The notes below the pieces were generated by a model, which was not told the DNA's origin, searched no databases, and saw only the letters and a list, made by a program, of their open reading frames with translations. A DNA stretch of 64,000 bases from Gaiellaceae bacterium (GTDB lineage Bacteria > Actinomycetota > Thermoleophilia > Gaiellales > Gaiellaceae), in assembly GCA_036526315.1 (NCBI GenBank), contig DATCYR010000087.1:5203-69202 (forward strand). Direction: 5' to 3'. The position numbers were made by a program, and so were the translations under genes. Shown piece after piece: positions 9,267-19,033 of the stretch. The first letter of the stretch is position 1, and the number at the start of each line of letters is the position of its first letter.

Positions 9267-10796
9267 ATGACCGAGCTAGCGAGCCCGCCCGTCGGGCAGG
9301 AGCAGGACGTCAAGCGGATCAGCCACTGGATCGGCGGCCGCATCGTCGAAGGCGCGTCGGGCCGCAGCGGGCCGGTCTACAACCCGGCGAAAGGCACTCA
9401 GAGCGGCGCCGTCGACTTCGCGTCGGTCGAGGAGATCGACCGCGCAGTCCAGACTGCGAAAGAGGCGTTTCCCGCCTGGCGGTCCGTCTCGCTCTCGAAG
9501 CGGACGGCGATCCTCTTCCGCGTCCGCGACCTCGTCGACCGGCGGCGCGAGGAGATCGCGCGGATCCTCACGGCCGAGCACGGCAAGGTTCTCTCCGACG
9601 CGATGGGGGAGGTCGCGCGCGGGCTCGAGGTGATCGAGTACTGCTGCGGGATCCCGGAGCTCTTGAAGGGTGGCTTCTCCGAGCAGGCCTCGACCGGCAT
9701 CGACGTCTACTCGATCCGCCAGCCGCTCGGCGTCGTCGCCGGCATCACGCCGTTCAACTTCCCGGCGATGGTGCCCATGTGGATGTGGGCGCCTGCCCTG
9801 GCGTGCGGCAACACGTTCGTGCTGAAGCCGTCGGAGAAGGATCCGTCGGCCTCGGTCTACACAGCGCAGCTGCTCCAGGAGGCGGGCGTGCCGGACGGCG
9901 TCTTCAACGTCGTCCACGGGGACAAGGTCGCGGTCGACGCGGTGCTCGAGCACCCGGACATCGCCGCCGTCTCGTTCGTGGGGTCGACGCCGATCGCAAA
10001 GTACGTGTACGAGCAGGGGACTGCGGCGGGGAAGCGCGTCCAGGCGCTCGGCGGCGCGAAGAACCACATGGTCGTCCTGCCGGATGCGGACATGGACATG
10101 GCGGCCGACGCGGCCGTCAGCGCGGCCTACGGCTCGGCGGGGGAGCGCTGCATGGCGATCTCGCAGGTCGTCGCCGTCGGCGACGCGGGCGACCGCCTCG
10201 TCGCGGCGATCAAGGAGCGGCTGCCGAAGATCAAGGTCGGCGACGGGCTCGAGCCCGACGTCGAGATGGGCCCCCTCGTGACGCGCGAGCATCGCGACAA
10301 GGTCGCCGGTTACATCGACGGCGCACGCGACCAGGGAGCGGACGTCGTCGCCGACGGTCGCGAGTCGGCGCCGGACGGCGGCGGCTTCTTCCTCGGTGTC
10401 TCGCTGCTCGACAACGTCACGCCGGAGATGGACGCGTACAAGGACGAGATCTTCGGCCCTGTGCTGGGCGTCACGCGGGTCGCGACCTACAACGACGCGC
10501 TGAGGCTCGTCAACGAGAACCCGTACGGGAACGGGACGGCGATCTTCACCCGCGACGGCGGCGTCGCGCGCCAGTTCCAGTTCGAGGTGCAGGCCGGGAT
10601 GGTCGGGATCAACGTGCCGATCCCGGTGCCGGTCGCCTACTACTCCTTCGGCGGGTGGAAGAACTCGCTCTTCGGAGACACGCACATCTACGGGCCGGAG
10701 GGGATCAACTTCTACACGCGCGGGAAGGTCGTCACGTCGCGCTGGCCGGATCCGGCGACGTCACGCGTCGACCTGGGCTTTCCGCAGACGCGCTAG
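9267..10796 (+). CDS. mmsA: Methylmalonate-semialdehyde dehydrogenase (CoA-acylating)
   Basis: ISHWIGGR...YNPAKG, FNFPAMVPMWMWAPALACGNTFVLKPSEKDP, and ERCMAIS (catalytic Cys). Length is 509 aa. GAGGAGGAGAG lies ahead of the ATG. Confidence 0.9.
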   Translation: MTELASPPVGQEQDVKRISHWIGGRIVEGASGRSGPVYNPAKGTQSGAVDFASVEEIDRAVQTAKEAFPAWRSVSLSKRTAILFRVRDLVDRRREEIARILTAEHGKVLSDAMGEVARGLEVIEYCCGIPELLKGGFSEQASTGIDVYSIRQPLGVVAGITPFNFPAMVPMWMWAPALACGNTFVLKPSEKDPSASVYTAQLLQEAGVPDGVFNVVHGDKVAVDAVLEHPDIAAVSFVGSTPIAKYVYEQGTAAGKRVQALGGAKNHMVVLPDADMDMAADAAVSAAYGSAGERCMAISQVVAVGDAGDRLVAAIKERLPKIKVGDGLEPDVEMGPLVTREHRDKVAGYIDGARDQGADVVADGRESAPDGGGFFLGVSLLDNVTPEMDAYKDEIFGPVLGVTRVATYNDALRLVNENPYGNGTAIFTRDGGVARQFQFEVQAGMVGINVPIPVPVAYYSFGGWKNSLFGDTHIYGPEGINFYTRGKVVTSRWPDPATSRVDLGFPQTR

Positions 10797-11728
10797 CCGT
10801 TCGCGACGGTGAAGGAGAAGCTCGTCGAGGCTTCGTTGCCGCGGATGTCCGAGACGGTGACCGAGATCGTGTGCACTCCGTCGGCGAGGCCCGTCGTGTC
10901 GAGGTCGCGGGCGAGCCAGAAGTAGTACTTCCCCGGCACGTTCGGCAGGTTCTGCCGCGTGCCGGGCGCATAGACGCCGTCCACCGGGCCCTCGAACAGG
11001 TGCGCGAGCTCGAGCGAGGGGCGAACGGCGGCAGGAAACCACGGGCCCGAGTAGAGGCCCGTCCAGCTGACCCGGTAGGGCGGCAGGACGGCGCCGCTCC
11101 ACGCGCCGTGCAGCGGCAGCGGCGGCCGGTCGAACGCCCGCACGACGAGGCTGACGCAGCCCGAGACCGCGTCGGGCGAGACCGGCTGAAACGGAACGCA
11201 CGGGCGGAGCGCGACCTTGGCGATCGTCGGTGTGGTCGTGTCGACGTAGGGGCCGAGACCGCCGGGTCGGAGCGGGTTCAGCCACTGCCCGAACCGCCGC
11301 TCGGACAGGTGGACGTGACCTGCGCCGGCGCGCACGTGCCCGAGCAGCTGGTGCCGCGCGACGAACTGGTAATTCGCGACGACGGGGTCGATGTGCCAGT
11401 AGCCGAAGACGAGTGGCGGGGTGGGAGACCAGACGGGAGAGACGACCGCGACGGCGGAAGGGTTGACGAGGAACACCTGGCCGGGCTCGATCGCGAAGAC
11501 GGGTGTCCCGTCGGGGACCTGGATGTCGACGCCGTCGTGGAAGCGCTGCGGGTTCGTCGGGTCGAGGTCGACGCGCCCGGTCCGCGTCCGCGGGTCGTCG
11601 AAGGTGCCGCGGACCGGGTGCTGGTGGTCGAACGGCTGCACCGGCCAGTCGTAGGCCGAGCCCGCGTGCGGAAACGCGAGCGTTAAGAAGGTCGCGAGGA
11701 GACCGGCGGCCGAGCTAGCGCGTCGCAT
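10793..11728 (-). CDS. Secreted M23-family metallopeptidase with C-terminal Ig-like domain
   Basis: Signal peptide MRRASSAAGLLATFLTLAFPHAGSA. HDGVDIQVPDGTPVFA and GHVHLSE (HxxxD and HxH of LytM/M23). C-terminal GVHTISVTVSDIRGNEASTSFSFTV. Confidence 0.75.
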   Translation of the reverse strand: MRRASSAAGLLATFLTLAFPHAGSAYDWPVQPFDHQHPVRGTFDDPRTRTGRVDLDPTNPQRFHDGVDIQVPDGTPVFAIEPGQVFLVNPSAVAVVSPVWSPTPPLVFGYWHIDPVVANYQFVARHQLLGHVRAGAGHVHLSERRFGQWLNPLRPGGLGPYVDTTTPTIAKVALRPCVPFQPVSPDAVSGCVSLVVRAFDRPPLPLHGAWSGAVLPPYRVSWTGLYSGPWFPAAVRPSLELAHLFEGPVDGVYAPGTRQNLPNVPGKYYFWLARDLDTTGLADGVHTISVTVSDIRGNEASTSFSFTVANG

Positions 11729-12971
11729 ACGTGACGGGCTCGCCGAGCAGCGTCGTCTCCGGCGGTGTCGTCTCCGCGATGACGTTGCCGCGGCGGATGA
11801 CCCAGCGGCGCACCGGCTTCAGCCGCATCACCTCGAGCGCCGAGGGCGCGTCGAAGACGACCATGTCGGCCGGCTTGCCCTCCTCGATCCCGTAGTCGTC
11901 CTCGACGCCGAGCGTGCGCGCGCCGCGCCACGTTGCGCAGTCCAGCATCTGCGGGATCTCGTCCAATCCGGACATGTACGTGAAGTGCAGCGCCAACGAC
12001 GCGGCGTCGACGAGGTCGGCCTTCCCGAGCAGGTACCACGGGTCGACGATCACGTCGTTCCCGAGCGAGACGTTGACCCCCTCCGCGAGCAGTTCCTTCA
12101 GCTGCGCGAACCCGCGGCGCTTCGGATACGGGTCGAGCCGGCCCTGGATGAGCGAGTTCGCGTACGGGTTGACGACGACGTTGATCCCGGCGCGGCGCAG
12201 GAAGCCGCGCAGCTTCGAGGAGTAGTACGGCTCGTACGAGCCCATCGCCGTGCAGTGGCTCGCGGTGACACGTCCGCCGAGGCCGTGCTGAACCGTGTTG
12301 TCCGCCATCACCTCGAGGAACCGCGAGCCCGGGTCGTCGGTCTCGTCGCAGTGGACGTCGATCCGCCGGCCGTACGCCTTCGCCAGCTCGAAGACGCGGT
12401 GCACCTCGCGGTGGCCCAGCTCGGTCGTCGGCTCGTAGTGCGGGATCCCGCCGACGCAGTCGGCGCCGAGCCGGAGCGCGTTCTCGAAGAGCTCCTCGTT
12501 CGGTGGGTCGGAGTAGACGCCGTCCTGCGGGAAGGCGGTCACCTGGATCGTGGCGAGGTCGGCGAGCTCGTCACGCACGCGCAGCAGCCCGCGTAGCGGC
12601 GCCTCGTTCTTCGCCGACACGTCCGCGTGCGCGCGGATGTACAGCGTCCCCTGCGCCGCCGACCAGCGGACGATCTCGGCCGCCCGCTCGAAGACGTCCT
12701 CGGCGGTGAGCGTCTCCTTCAGCTCGCCCCAGACGTGGATGCCTTCGATCAGCGTGCCCGACTGGTTGTAGCGCGGGCGACCCGCCGTCAGCGAGGCGTC
12801 GAGGTGCAGGTGGCAATCGACGAGCGGCGGCGTCGCGAGCCGTCCGCCGGCATGGATGACTTGTGGCGCGTCAACGTCGAGGTCGCTGCCGATCCGGGCG
12901 AAGCGCCCGTCCTCGATCCCGACGTCGACGACCCGGTCGCCGACACATACGTTCCGAACGAGGAGGTCCAC
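11715..12971 (-). CDS. Cytosine (creatinine) deaminase-like amidohydrolase
   Basis: MDLLVRNV..., PPLVDCHLHLDASL (HxH), HCTAMGS, and VSLGNDVIVDPWY. The layout resembles CodA. GTG start. Confidence 0.8.
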   Translation of the reverse strand: MDLLVRNVCVGDRVVDVGIEDGRFARIGSDLDVDAPQVIHAGGRLATPPLVDCHLHLDASLTAGRPRYNQSGTLIEGIHVWGELKETLTAEDVFERAAEIVRWSAAQGTLYIRAHADVSAKNEAPLRGLLRVRDELADLATIQVTAFPQDGVYSDPPNEELFENALRLGADCVGGIPHYEPTTELGHREVHRVFELAKAYGRRIDVHCDETDDPGSRFLEVMADNTVQHGLGGRVTASHCTAMGSYEPYYSSKLRGFLRRAGINVVVNPYANSLIQGRLDPYPKRRGFAQLKELLAEGVNVSLGNDVIVDPWYLLGKADLVDAASLALHFTYMSGLDEIPQMLDCATWRGARTLGVEDDYGIEEGKPADMVVFDAPSALEVMRLKPVRRWVIRRGNVIAETTPPETTLLGEPVTYATR

Positions 12972-12988
12972 CGCGTTACCGTAAACCC
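12972..12988. promoter_or_regulatory. Compact bidirectional leaderless promoter candidate
   Basis: A 17-bp spacer CGCGTTACCGTAAACCC separates two divergent GTG starts. TACCGT (+) and TACGGT (-) are both TANNNT hexamers, each exactly 6 nt from its GTG. Confidence 0.35.
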
Positions 12989-13936
12989 GTGCCGGAGCCC
13001 CCGTACAGGCCGCTCGACGCCCAGGTGATCCCGCGTTTCGCCGGGATCCGGACGTTCATGCGCGCGCCGCACGTGACCGAGCTTCGCGGCGTGGACGTCG
13101 CGGTCTTCGGCATCCCCTTCGACACCGCGACGACCTACCGGACCGGTCCGCGGTTCGGGCCGGAGGCGATCCGTTCGGCCTCGGCGCTGCTCCGGCCGTA
13201 CCACCCGGTGCACGACGTGAACGTCGTCGAGAAGCTGTCGATCGTCGACTACGGCGACCTGCCGGTGTCGCCCGGCGACACGCAGCGGACGTACCGTCAG
13301 ATCGAGGAGGCGCTCGCGCCGATCGTCGACGCCGGCATCTTTCCCGCGGCCCTCGGCGGCGACCACTCGATCACGCTCGCCGAGCTGCGCGTGCTCGCGA
13401 CGAAGCACGGGCCGCTCGCGCTCGTCCAGCTCGACGCGCACGCGGACACGTGGGAGGAGTACTTCGGCCAGCGCTATTTCCACGGGACGACCTTCAAGCG
13501 CGCGGCCGAGGAAGGACTGCTCGAGCCGAAGGCGTCGGTGCAAGCGGGGATGCGCGGCTCCGTCTACGCAGCGGGCGATCTCGAAGGCGCCCGCGAGCTC
13601 GGGTTCACGGTGATCACCGCCGAGGAGCTGCGGACGCTGACGCCCGACGAGTACGCCGCGCGCGTTCGCGAACAGGTGGGGGAGAGGCCGGTCTTCGTCT
13701 CGTTCGACGTCGACTTCCTCGACCCGGCCTTCGCCCCGGGCACGGGCACGCCCGAGATCGGCGGCTTCTCGACCGCGGAAGCCGTGGCGTTCGTGCGCGC
13801 GCTGCGCGGGATCGATCTCGTCGCGTGCGACGTCGTCGAGGTGTCGCCGCCGTACGACGGGCCAGGGCAGCAGACTGCCCTGGCCGCCGCGAACATGATG
13901 TGGGAGCTGTTGGCGCTCCGCGCGCTCGGACGATGA
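12989..13936 (+). CDS. Agmatinase / guanidino-acid ureohydrolase (arginase family)
   Basis: PRFAGIRTFMRAP, VAVFGIPFDTATTYRTGPRFGPEAIR, GGDHSITL, LDAHADTW, and SFDVDFLDPAFAPGTGTPE. These are the arginase-fold Mn-binding motifs. Confidence 0.85.
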   Translation: MPEPPYRPLDAQVIPRFAGIRTFMRAPHVTELRGVDVAVFGIPFDTATTYRTGPRFGPEAIRSASALLRPYHPVHDVNVVEKLSIVDYGDLPVSPGDTQRTYRQIEEALAPIVDAGIFPAALGGDHSITLAELRVLATKHGPLALVQLDAHADTWEEYFGQRYFHGTTFKRAAEEGLLEPKASVQAGMRGSVYAAGDLEGARELGFTVITAEELRTLTPDEYAARVREQVGERPVFVSFDVDFLDPAFAPGTGTPEIGGFSTAEAVAFVRALRGIDLVACDVVEVSPPYDGPGQQTALAAANMMWELLALRALGR

Positions 13937-14775
13937 TCCAGGCGATTTTGTCGTTCGACGTCGACGCGGAGACGCCGATCCTCGTCGAGGGAAGGCGCCA
14001 TTCGGAGAACGCCGGTGTCATGTCGCACCAGGCCTACGGGCCGCTCGTGGGCGTCCCGCGGATCCTCGATCTGCTGCAGGAGTACAAGCTTCCGGCGACG
14101 TTCTTCGTCCCCGGGGTGACCGCCGAGCGCTATCCGGACGCCGTGGAGCAGATCCTGGCTCTCGGGCACGAGGTCGGCCACCACTCGTACGCGCACTTCA
14201 GCCCGATCGACCAGGACGACGCAGCCGAGCGTTCGGACTTCGAGCGTGCGCTCGAGGCGCTCGCGCGCTTCGGCGTCGAGCCGAAGGGCTTCCGCTGCCC
14301 GAGCTGGGAACCGCAGTGGCGCACGCCGGCGCTGGTGGCCGAGTTCGGCCTCGAGTACGACTCGAGCCTGATGGACGCCGACTCGCCGTACCTGCTCGAG
14401 ACGGACGCCGGCGACATCGTCGAGCTGCCGGTGCACTGGGCGCTCGACGACTGGGAGCAGTACGCCTACCTGCCGCGACCGCCCTTCAAGAGCCCGATCG
14501 AGTCACCGCAGAAGGTGCTCGACCTCTGGATCTCGGAGCTCGACGCGATGCGGCGGCACGGCTGTCTCTTCGTCCTCACGTGCCATCCGTTCCTGTCGGG
14601 GCGGCCGCACCGCGTCGAGGTGCTGAGGAAGCTGATCGAGCACGCGCTCGAGGCAGGGGACGTCGAGTTCGTCGAGGCGCGCGAGGCGGCTCGCCGCGCG
14701 CGCGCCGACGACGGGCTCCCGCGTCGCCGCCTGGAGCCCGTCGTCGTCGACGAGGACGTCTATCCCGAGTACTAG
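13933..14775 (+). CDS. Polysaccharide deacetylase (NodB-homology) family hydrolase
   Basis: ILSFDVDAE, ATFFVPGVTAERYPD, GHEVGHHSYAH, and CHPFLSGRPHR. ATGA overlap with the ureohydrolase gene. PuuE-type allantoinases share this fold. Confidence 0.8.
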   Translation: MIQAILSFDVDAETPILVEGRRHSENAGVMSHQAYGPLVGVPRILDLLQEYKLPATFFVPGVTAERYPDAVEQILALGHEVGHHSYAHFSPIDQDDAAERSDFERALEALARFGVEPKGFRCPSWEPQWRTPALVAEFGLEYDSSLMDADSPYLLETDAGDIVELPVHWALDDWEQYAYLPRPPFKSPIESPQKVLDLWISELDAMRRHGCLFVLTCHPFLSGRPHRVEVLRKLIEHALEAGDVEFVEAREAARRARADDGLPRRRLEPVVVDEDVYPEY

Positions 14776-16310
14776 ATGGCCGGAACGGCGCGCGGCTCGC
14801 CCGACGGTGCGTCGCCCGCCTCGCTCGCGACGTCCACCACCGCGCCGGGCGGAACGCTCGTCTCGAGTGCCGGCTTGCTGAAGGCCAGGATCCGCTTGAT
14901 GTTCGGCGAGGTCCGTACCGCCCAGACGATCCCGAGGTAGAGGCCGCCGGCGAGCAGCCAGCACTCGACCGGGATCGGGCCCCAGTTCCGCGGGGTGTCG
15001 TAGCCGAGGTTGCCGGGGAGGATCGCGCTCGCGATCGCCCCGTATGCGACCGCGACGAGCAGCGCGATCACCGCCGGTGCGTTGAAGCGCCCGGCCTCCT
15101 GCCACGAGGGCACATGGAGCAACGGCCGCGAGATGCTGAGCCGCTCAGGCAGCACGAAGTGGTCGACGACCATGATCACCGTCGCGCACGGCACCGTGAT
15201 CGCGAGGAATGTCGCGACGTCGAACCAGCCGTTCACGGCTTTGTAGTTGACGATCCACGCCGCCAGCGCGCCACCGCAGGCGACGGCGAGGCACGTGTAG
15301 AGCCGGCGCCAGCTCCGCCAGCCGCCGAGCAGGTTCTGGCCGGCGTTGACCGACTCGTAGTAGTTGCCGTCGTTGATCGCGAACTGGCTGATCGTCGCGA
15401 TGATCCACGCCAGCCAGAACGCGCCGAACAGCGAGTAGTGGACGCTGAAGTTGTACGGATCGCCGTTCCCGGCGAGCGTGACCATCATCCAGCCGGCGAC
15501 GGTGAAGAGCACGAACCAGACGGCGGCGAAGATGTACGTCGGCAGCGGCCACGTGAAGCGCGGCTTGCCGTAGCGCCAGAAGTCCGGCTCGTTGCCCCAC
15601 ATCGAGAAGCCGATCGCGGCGCCGATCGCGACCCAGAACGGCATGTTGCCGCCCGGCGTGCCGCCGAGGTGCCCGCTGTCCGTGATGAATCCCTTCAGCA
15701 CGAGGTAGAGGCACCACACGATCAGGATCGGCGTCACCAGGTAGCGCGCGAAGACGCTGATGCCGGTGAAGCCGAACAGGTTGTTGAAGATCATCACCGC
15801 CGCGAGCACGATGGTGATCGCCTCGATGTGCCCCCAGCCGTAGAAGCCGTGCCACAGGTTGGCCAGCAAGCCCGCCTGGAAGCCGACCCACCCGAGCGGG
15901 GCGATCAGCACGAAGAGGGACACGATCACGGAGCCGCCGCTCCCGAACACGGAGCGCGTCAGCAGCGAGTGCGTCTGGCCCGTGCGCGAGCCGAGGTACG
16001 ACCCGAACACGGCGTACGCGACGTAGAAGCCGTACCCCAGCGCCGCGATCCCGGCGGTGGCTGCCAGCGAGTAGCCGCCGTCGTGGATCTCGATGCCGAG
16101 GGCCATGTACGAAAAGCCGGCGACGAACGTCGTCCAGAGACCCAGGAAGTGCCACATCGGCCGTCTCTTGTCGAGCGGCACGATGCCGGTGTCGCTGGTC
16201 GAGTAGTCGTGCCGGATCGAACGCTCGAGCTCTTCTCGTTCGAACTCGAGGTCGGCCCGCAGATCGTCGACGTCGGTCGCGATCTCGTGCCGCGGGCGAG
16301 GCTCGGTCAC
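14772..16310 (-). CDS. NCS1-family nucleobase/hydantoin/cytosine permease
   Basis: 512 aa with about 12 TM helices and a cytoplasmic N-tail. WHFLGLWTTFVAGFSYMALG and FSMWGNEPDFWRYGK resemble purine-cytosine/hydantoin permeases. GGAGGGAGG lies ahead of the GTG. Confidence 0.85.
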   Translation of the reverse strand: MTEPRPRHEIATDVDDLRADLEFEREELERSIRHDYSTSDTGIVPLDKRRPMWHFLGLWTTFVAGFSYMALGIEIHDGGYSLAATAGIAALGYGFYVAYAVFGSYLGSRTGQTHSLLTRSVFGSGGSVIVSLFVLIAPLGWVGFQAGLLANLWHGFYGWGHIEAITIVLAAVMIFNNLFGFTGISVFARYLVTPILIVWCLYLVLKGFITDSGHLGGTPGGNMPFWVAIGAAIGFSMWGNEPDFWRYGKPRFTWPLPTYIFAAVWFVLFTVAGWMMVTLAGNGDPYNFSVHYSLFGAFWLAWIIATISQFAINDGNYYESVNAGQNLLGGWRSWRRLYTCLAVACGGALAAWIVNYKAVNGWFDVATFLAITVPCATVIMVVDHFVLPERLSISRPLLHVPSWQEAGRFNAPAVIALLVAVAYGAIASAILPGNLGYDTPRNWGPIPVECWLLAGGLYLGIVWAVRTSPNIKRILAFSKPALETSVPPGAVVDVASEAGDAPSGEPRAVPAI

Positions 16311-16424
16311 TGCAAACCTCCCTCCAGACCCCCGGGGATTGGGACGGCAGGACTCTACGACCGCCCGAGGACGGAAGTAAAGCCCGGGGTCCGGCCCCGC
16401 AGGGGGCCAGACCCAGCAGTTGTC

Positions 16425-17840
16425 CTACGCCGCAGCGGCGGCTTGCGCCGGCTTCAGTTCCTCCCCGAACTTCGCCCGCGCGACGAACTGGCCGACGCCG
16501 GGCTCGGCGACGAGCCGGTCGCCCTCGACCAGCACGTTGCCGCGGAGCAGCACGACCTCCGGTGAGCCCGTGACCTCGGTCCCCTCGTAAAGGTTGTAGT
16601 CCGTCTTCGAGTGCTGCTTCGCCGCTGTGATCGTGAGCTTCTTCTCGGGATCGAACACCACGATGTCCGCGTCGGAGCCGACGGCGATCGTGCCCTTCCG
16701 CGGATAGAGGCCGAAGAGCTTCGCCGGGTTGGTGCACAGGAGCTCGACCATGCGGTTGTGCGAGATCCGCCCGGCGCGGGCACCGAACTCGTGGATCATC
16801 TGCAACCGGTTCTCGAGCCCCGGGCCGCCGTTCGGGATCTTCGAGAAGTCGTCTCTCCCCAGCGACTTCTGCCCGTCCCAGAGGAAGGCGCAGTGGTCGG
16901 TCGAGACGGCGCTGAGGATGTCCGTGCGAACGGCGTTCCACAGCACGTCCTGGTTCGCCTTGTCGCGCGGCGGCGGCGTGTACACGTACTTCGCGCCCTC
17001 GAAGTTCGGGCGCTCGAGGAACGTGTAGTCGACGAAGAAGTACTGCGTGCACGTCTCACCCCAGACCTCCCAGCCCTTCTCGCGTGCAAGGGCGATCGGC
17101 TCGACCGCTTCCTTGCACGACACGTGCACGACGTACAGCGGCGCGCCGGCGACGCGGGCGAGCTGGATCGCACGGTTCGTCGCCTCGCCTTCCGTCTCCG
17201 GCGGGCGCGTCAACGCGTGGTAGTGCGGCTCGACATGGCCGTCAGCCAGCGCCTTCTTGACCAGCACGTCGATGGCGTCGCCGTTCTCCGCGTGCACCAT
17301 CACGAGCGCGCCGGTGTCGGCGGCGACCTCCATCGTCTTGAAGAGCGTCTCGTCGTCGACCATCAGCGCGCCCTTGTACGCCATGAAGAGCTTGTAGGAC
17401 GTGATCCCCTGGTCGGGCAGCGACGCGAGCTCCTCGAGCGTGCCGCCTTCGCGCAGGTCGGTGACGGCCATGTGGTAGCCCATGTCGATCACCTGCTTGC
17501 CGTTCGCCTTGCCGCGCCATTCCTCGATCGCCTCGGCGAACGTCGCGCCCTGCGGCTGGATGATGAAGTCGACGTGGCAGGTGGTGCCGCCGAATGCGGC
17601 GGCCGTCTGACCCGACTCGACGTCGTCGATCGTCGTCGTGCCGCCGAACGGCATGTCGAGATGCGTGTGCGGGTCGACGCAGCCGGGAAGCACGTACTTC
17701 CCGGCTGCATCGATCACCTTGTCTGCCGGGACGTCGAGCGACTCGCCGATGAGTGAGATCCGCTCGCCCTCGACGTAGACGTCGCCGACGTAGTCGTCGG
17801 CCGCCGTGATGATGCGGCCGCCTTTGATCAGTACGGACAT
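16425..17840 (-). CDS. Dihydropyrimidinase / D-hydantoinase
   Basis: MSVLIKGGRIITA...LPGCVDPHTHLDMPFGGT, SYKLFMAYKG (carboxylated-Lys region), VHAENGD, and STDHC. GGAGGGAG lies ahead of ATG 17840. Confidence 0.9.
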   Translation of the reverse strand: MSVLIKGGRIITAADDYVGDVYVEGERISLIGESLDVPADKVIDAAGKYVLPGCVDPHTHLDMPFGGTTTIDDVESGQTAAAFGGTTCHVDFIIQPQGATFAEAIEEWRGKANGKQVIDMGYHMAVTDLREGGTLEELASLPDQGITSYKLFMAYKGALMVDDETLFKTMEVAADTGALVMVHAENGDAIDVLVKKALADGHVEPHYHALTRPPETEGEATNRAIQLARVAGAPLYVVHVSCKEAVEPIALAREKGWEVWGETCTQYFFVDYTFLERPNFEGAKYVYTPPPRDKANQDVLWNAVRTDILSAVSTDHCAFLWDGQKSLGRDDFSKIPNGGPGLENRLQMIHEFGARAGRISHNRMVELLCTNPAKLFGLYPRKGTIAVGSDADIVVFDPEKKLTITAAKQHSKTDYNLYEGTEVTGSPEVVLLRGNVLVEGDRLVAEPGVGQFVARAKFGEELKPAQAAAAA

Positions 17841-17857
17841 CGCGGATCTCCCTCCTT

Positions 17858-18988
17858 CTACTTGCCGCCCGGTGTGACCGTGACCTTCGCCTTCTTCCAA
17901 CCCTTGCCCGTCAGGTCGACGCCCTGCTTCTTGAGCATGGCGTCTGCCGCCTTCGCGAGATCCGTGCGATACGCCTCATGCCCCGGAAGCTTCTTGAGGC
18001 CGGCGAACTGCTTCGCGATCTTGGCCGTCCGCTTGTAGTCGACCGGGTTCATGATCCCGATGCCGAGCGGGGCCGGCCAGATGAGCGCGTTGATCTCGTT
18101 CATCATCCACGTCTGGTGGCCGCGCGGCAGCGCCGTCCCGGCCTTGAGGACGATGTTCACGCAGTCGCGCCAGTTGTTGCGGCAGTAGACCCAGCCCTTG
18201 AACGATGCCGCGAGGAACTTCTTCGCGATCGCCTGGTTCTTCGGGTTCTTGATCCAGGAGCCGGTCGTGAAGATGCCGTCCTCGAGCATTCCCGTGCCGA
18301 CCTTCTGCATCGGGATGACGTTGAGGTCGCTCAGCTTCGTCAGCTTCCCGGTCTTCGGGTTCTTGCTCTCGAGCACCTGCGCGAGCTCGTTGTACGTCAT
18401 CGCCGAAGCGGCGTCGGTCTGCCGCTTCATGAAGAAGTCCATGCTGAACGGCTGCTGGAAGATCTTGACGCCCTGCTGCTTGACGGGATCCATCCCGTTC
18501 TTCACGAGGGCCGCGTAGACCTCGTACTCGTTCCCGCCGAGCCAGTTCGCGACCGTCTTGCCCTTCATCTTCGCGACGGTGTTGATGCCGGTGTCCTTCC
18601 ACGTGATCAGCGTCAGACCGCTGCGTGTGAAGACCTGCGCGATGTTCACGAGGTTGACGCCCTTGTCGCGTGACGACATCAGGCTCGGGAGCCAGTCGAG
18701 GCCGAACTGCGCCTGGCCGCCGGCAACGACGGTCTCGGGGATGATGTCGGGCCCGCCGACCTTCAGCGAGACGTCCAGCCCCATCTGCTTGTAGTACCCC
18801 TTCGCCACGGCTGCGTAGTAGCCCGCGAACTGCGCCTGCGCGACCCATTTCAGCTGCAGCGTCACCTTCGTCAGCTTCGCGCTCCCCTTTGCCGACGACG
18901 ACGCGCCGGCGGTGCCGATCGCGGCCCAGATCGCCATCCCGGCGACGACGGCCGCGAGCAACCCAACCCGGTACATGCGGTGCTTCAT
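17858..18988 (-). CDS. ABC transporter substrate-binding protein, NMT1/THI5-like
   Basis: Signal peptide, then KVTLQLKWVAQAQFAGYYAAVAKGYYKQMGLDVSLKVGGPD, typical of NMT1/SsuA/TauA-type binding proteins. Confidence 0.8.
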   Translation of the reverse strand: MKHRMYRVGLLAAVVAGMAIWAAIGTAGASSSAKGSAKLTKVTLQLKWVAQAQFAGYYAAVAKGYYKQMGLDVSLKVGGPDIIPETVVAGGQAQFGLDWLPSLMSSRDKGVNLVNIAQVFTRSGLTLITWKDTGINTVAKMKGKTVANWLGGNEYEVYAALVKNGMDPVKQQGVKIFQQPFSMDFFMKRQTDAASAMTYNELAQVLESKNPKTGKLTKLSDLNVIPMQKVGTGMLEDGIFTTGSWIKNPKNQAIAKKFLAASFKGWVYCRNNWRDCVNIVLKAGTALPRGHQTWMMNEINALIWPAPLGIGIMNPVDYKRTAKIAKQFAGLKKLPGHEAYRTDLAKAADAMLKKQGVDLTGKGWKKAKVTVTPGGK

Positions 18989-19033
18989 CGATCCCCTTTC
19001 CCTCGTCGGTGCCCGGTCAATACTCGCCCCTCG

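Noticed and set aside
10793-10796. Convergent gene pairs sharing overlapping stop codons in the palindrome CTAG (also at 14772-14775).
   Set aside because: The feature is real in the sequence but is a trivial consequence of TAG stops on both strands. There is no evidence for function.
7150-11686. Very long ORFs in the track, such as 7150-9270 (+), 8885-11686 (+) and 7592-8944 (-). Similar ones elsewhere include 1675-2679, 14316-16565, 15145-17052, 32389-34002, 36919-38310 and 40875-41909.
   Set aside because: They run antisense to, or out of frame with, genes that carry clear family motifs. Their translations are Arg/Pro/Gly/Ala-rich, which is typical of shadow frames in very GC-rich DNA. 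I treated them as non-coding.
16393-16408. The hairpin GGCCCC-GCAG-GGGGCC between the hydantoinase and the NCS1 permease, considered as a terminator.
   Set aside because: It is short, has no U-tail on the relevant strand, and the two genes are co-directional with only 114 nt between them. This is insufficient to call it a terminator.
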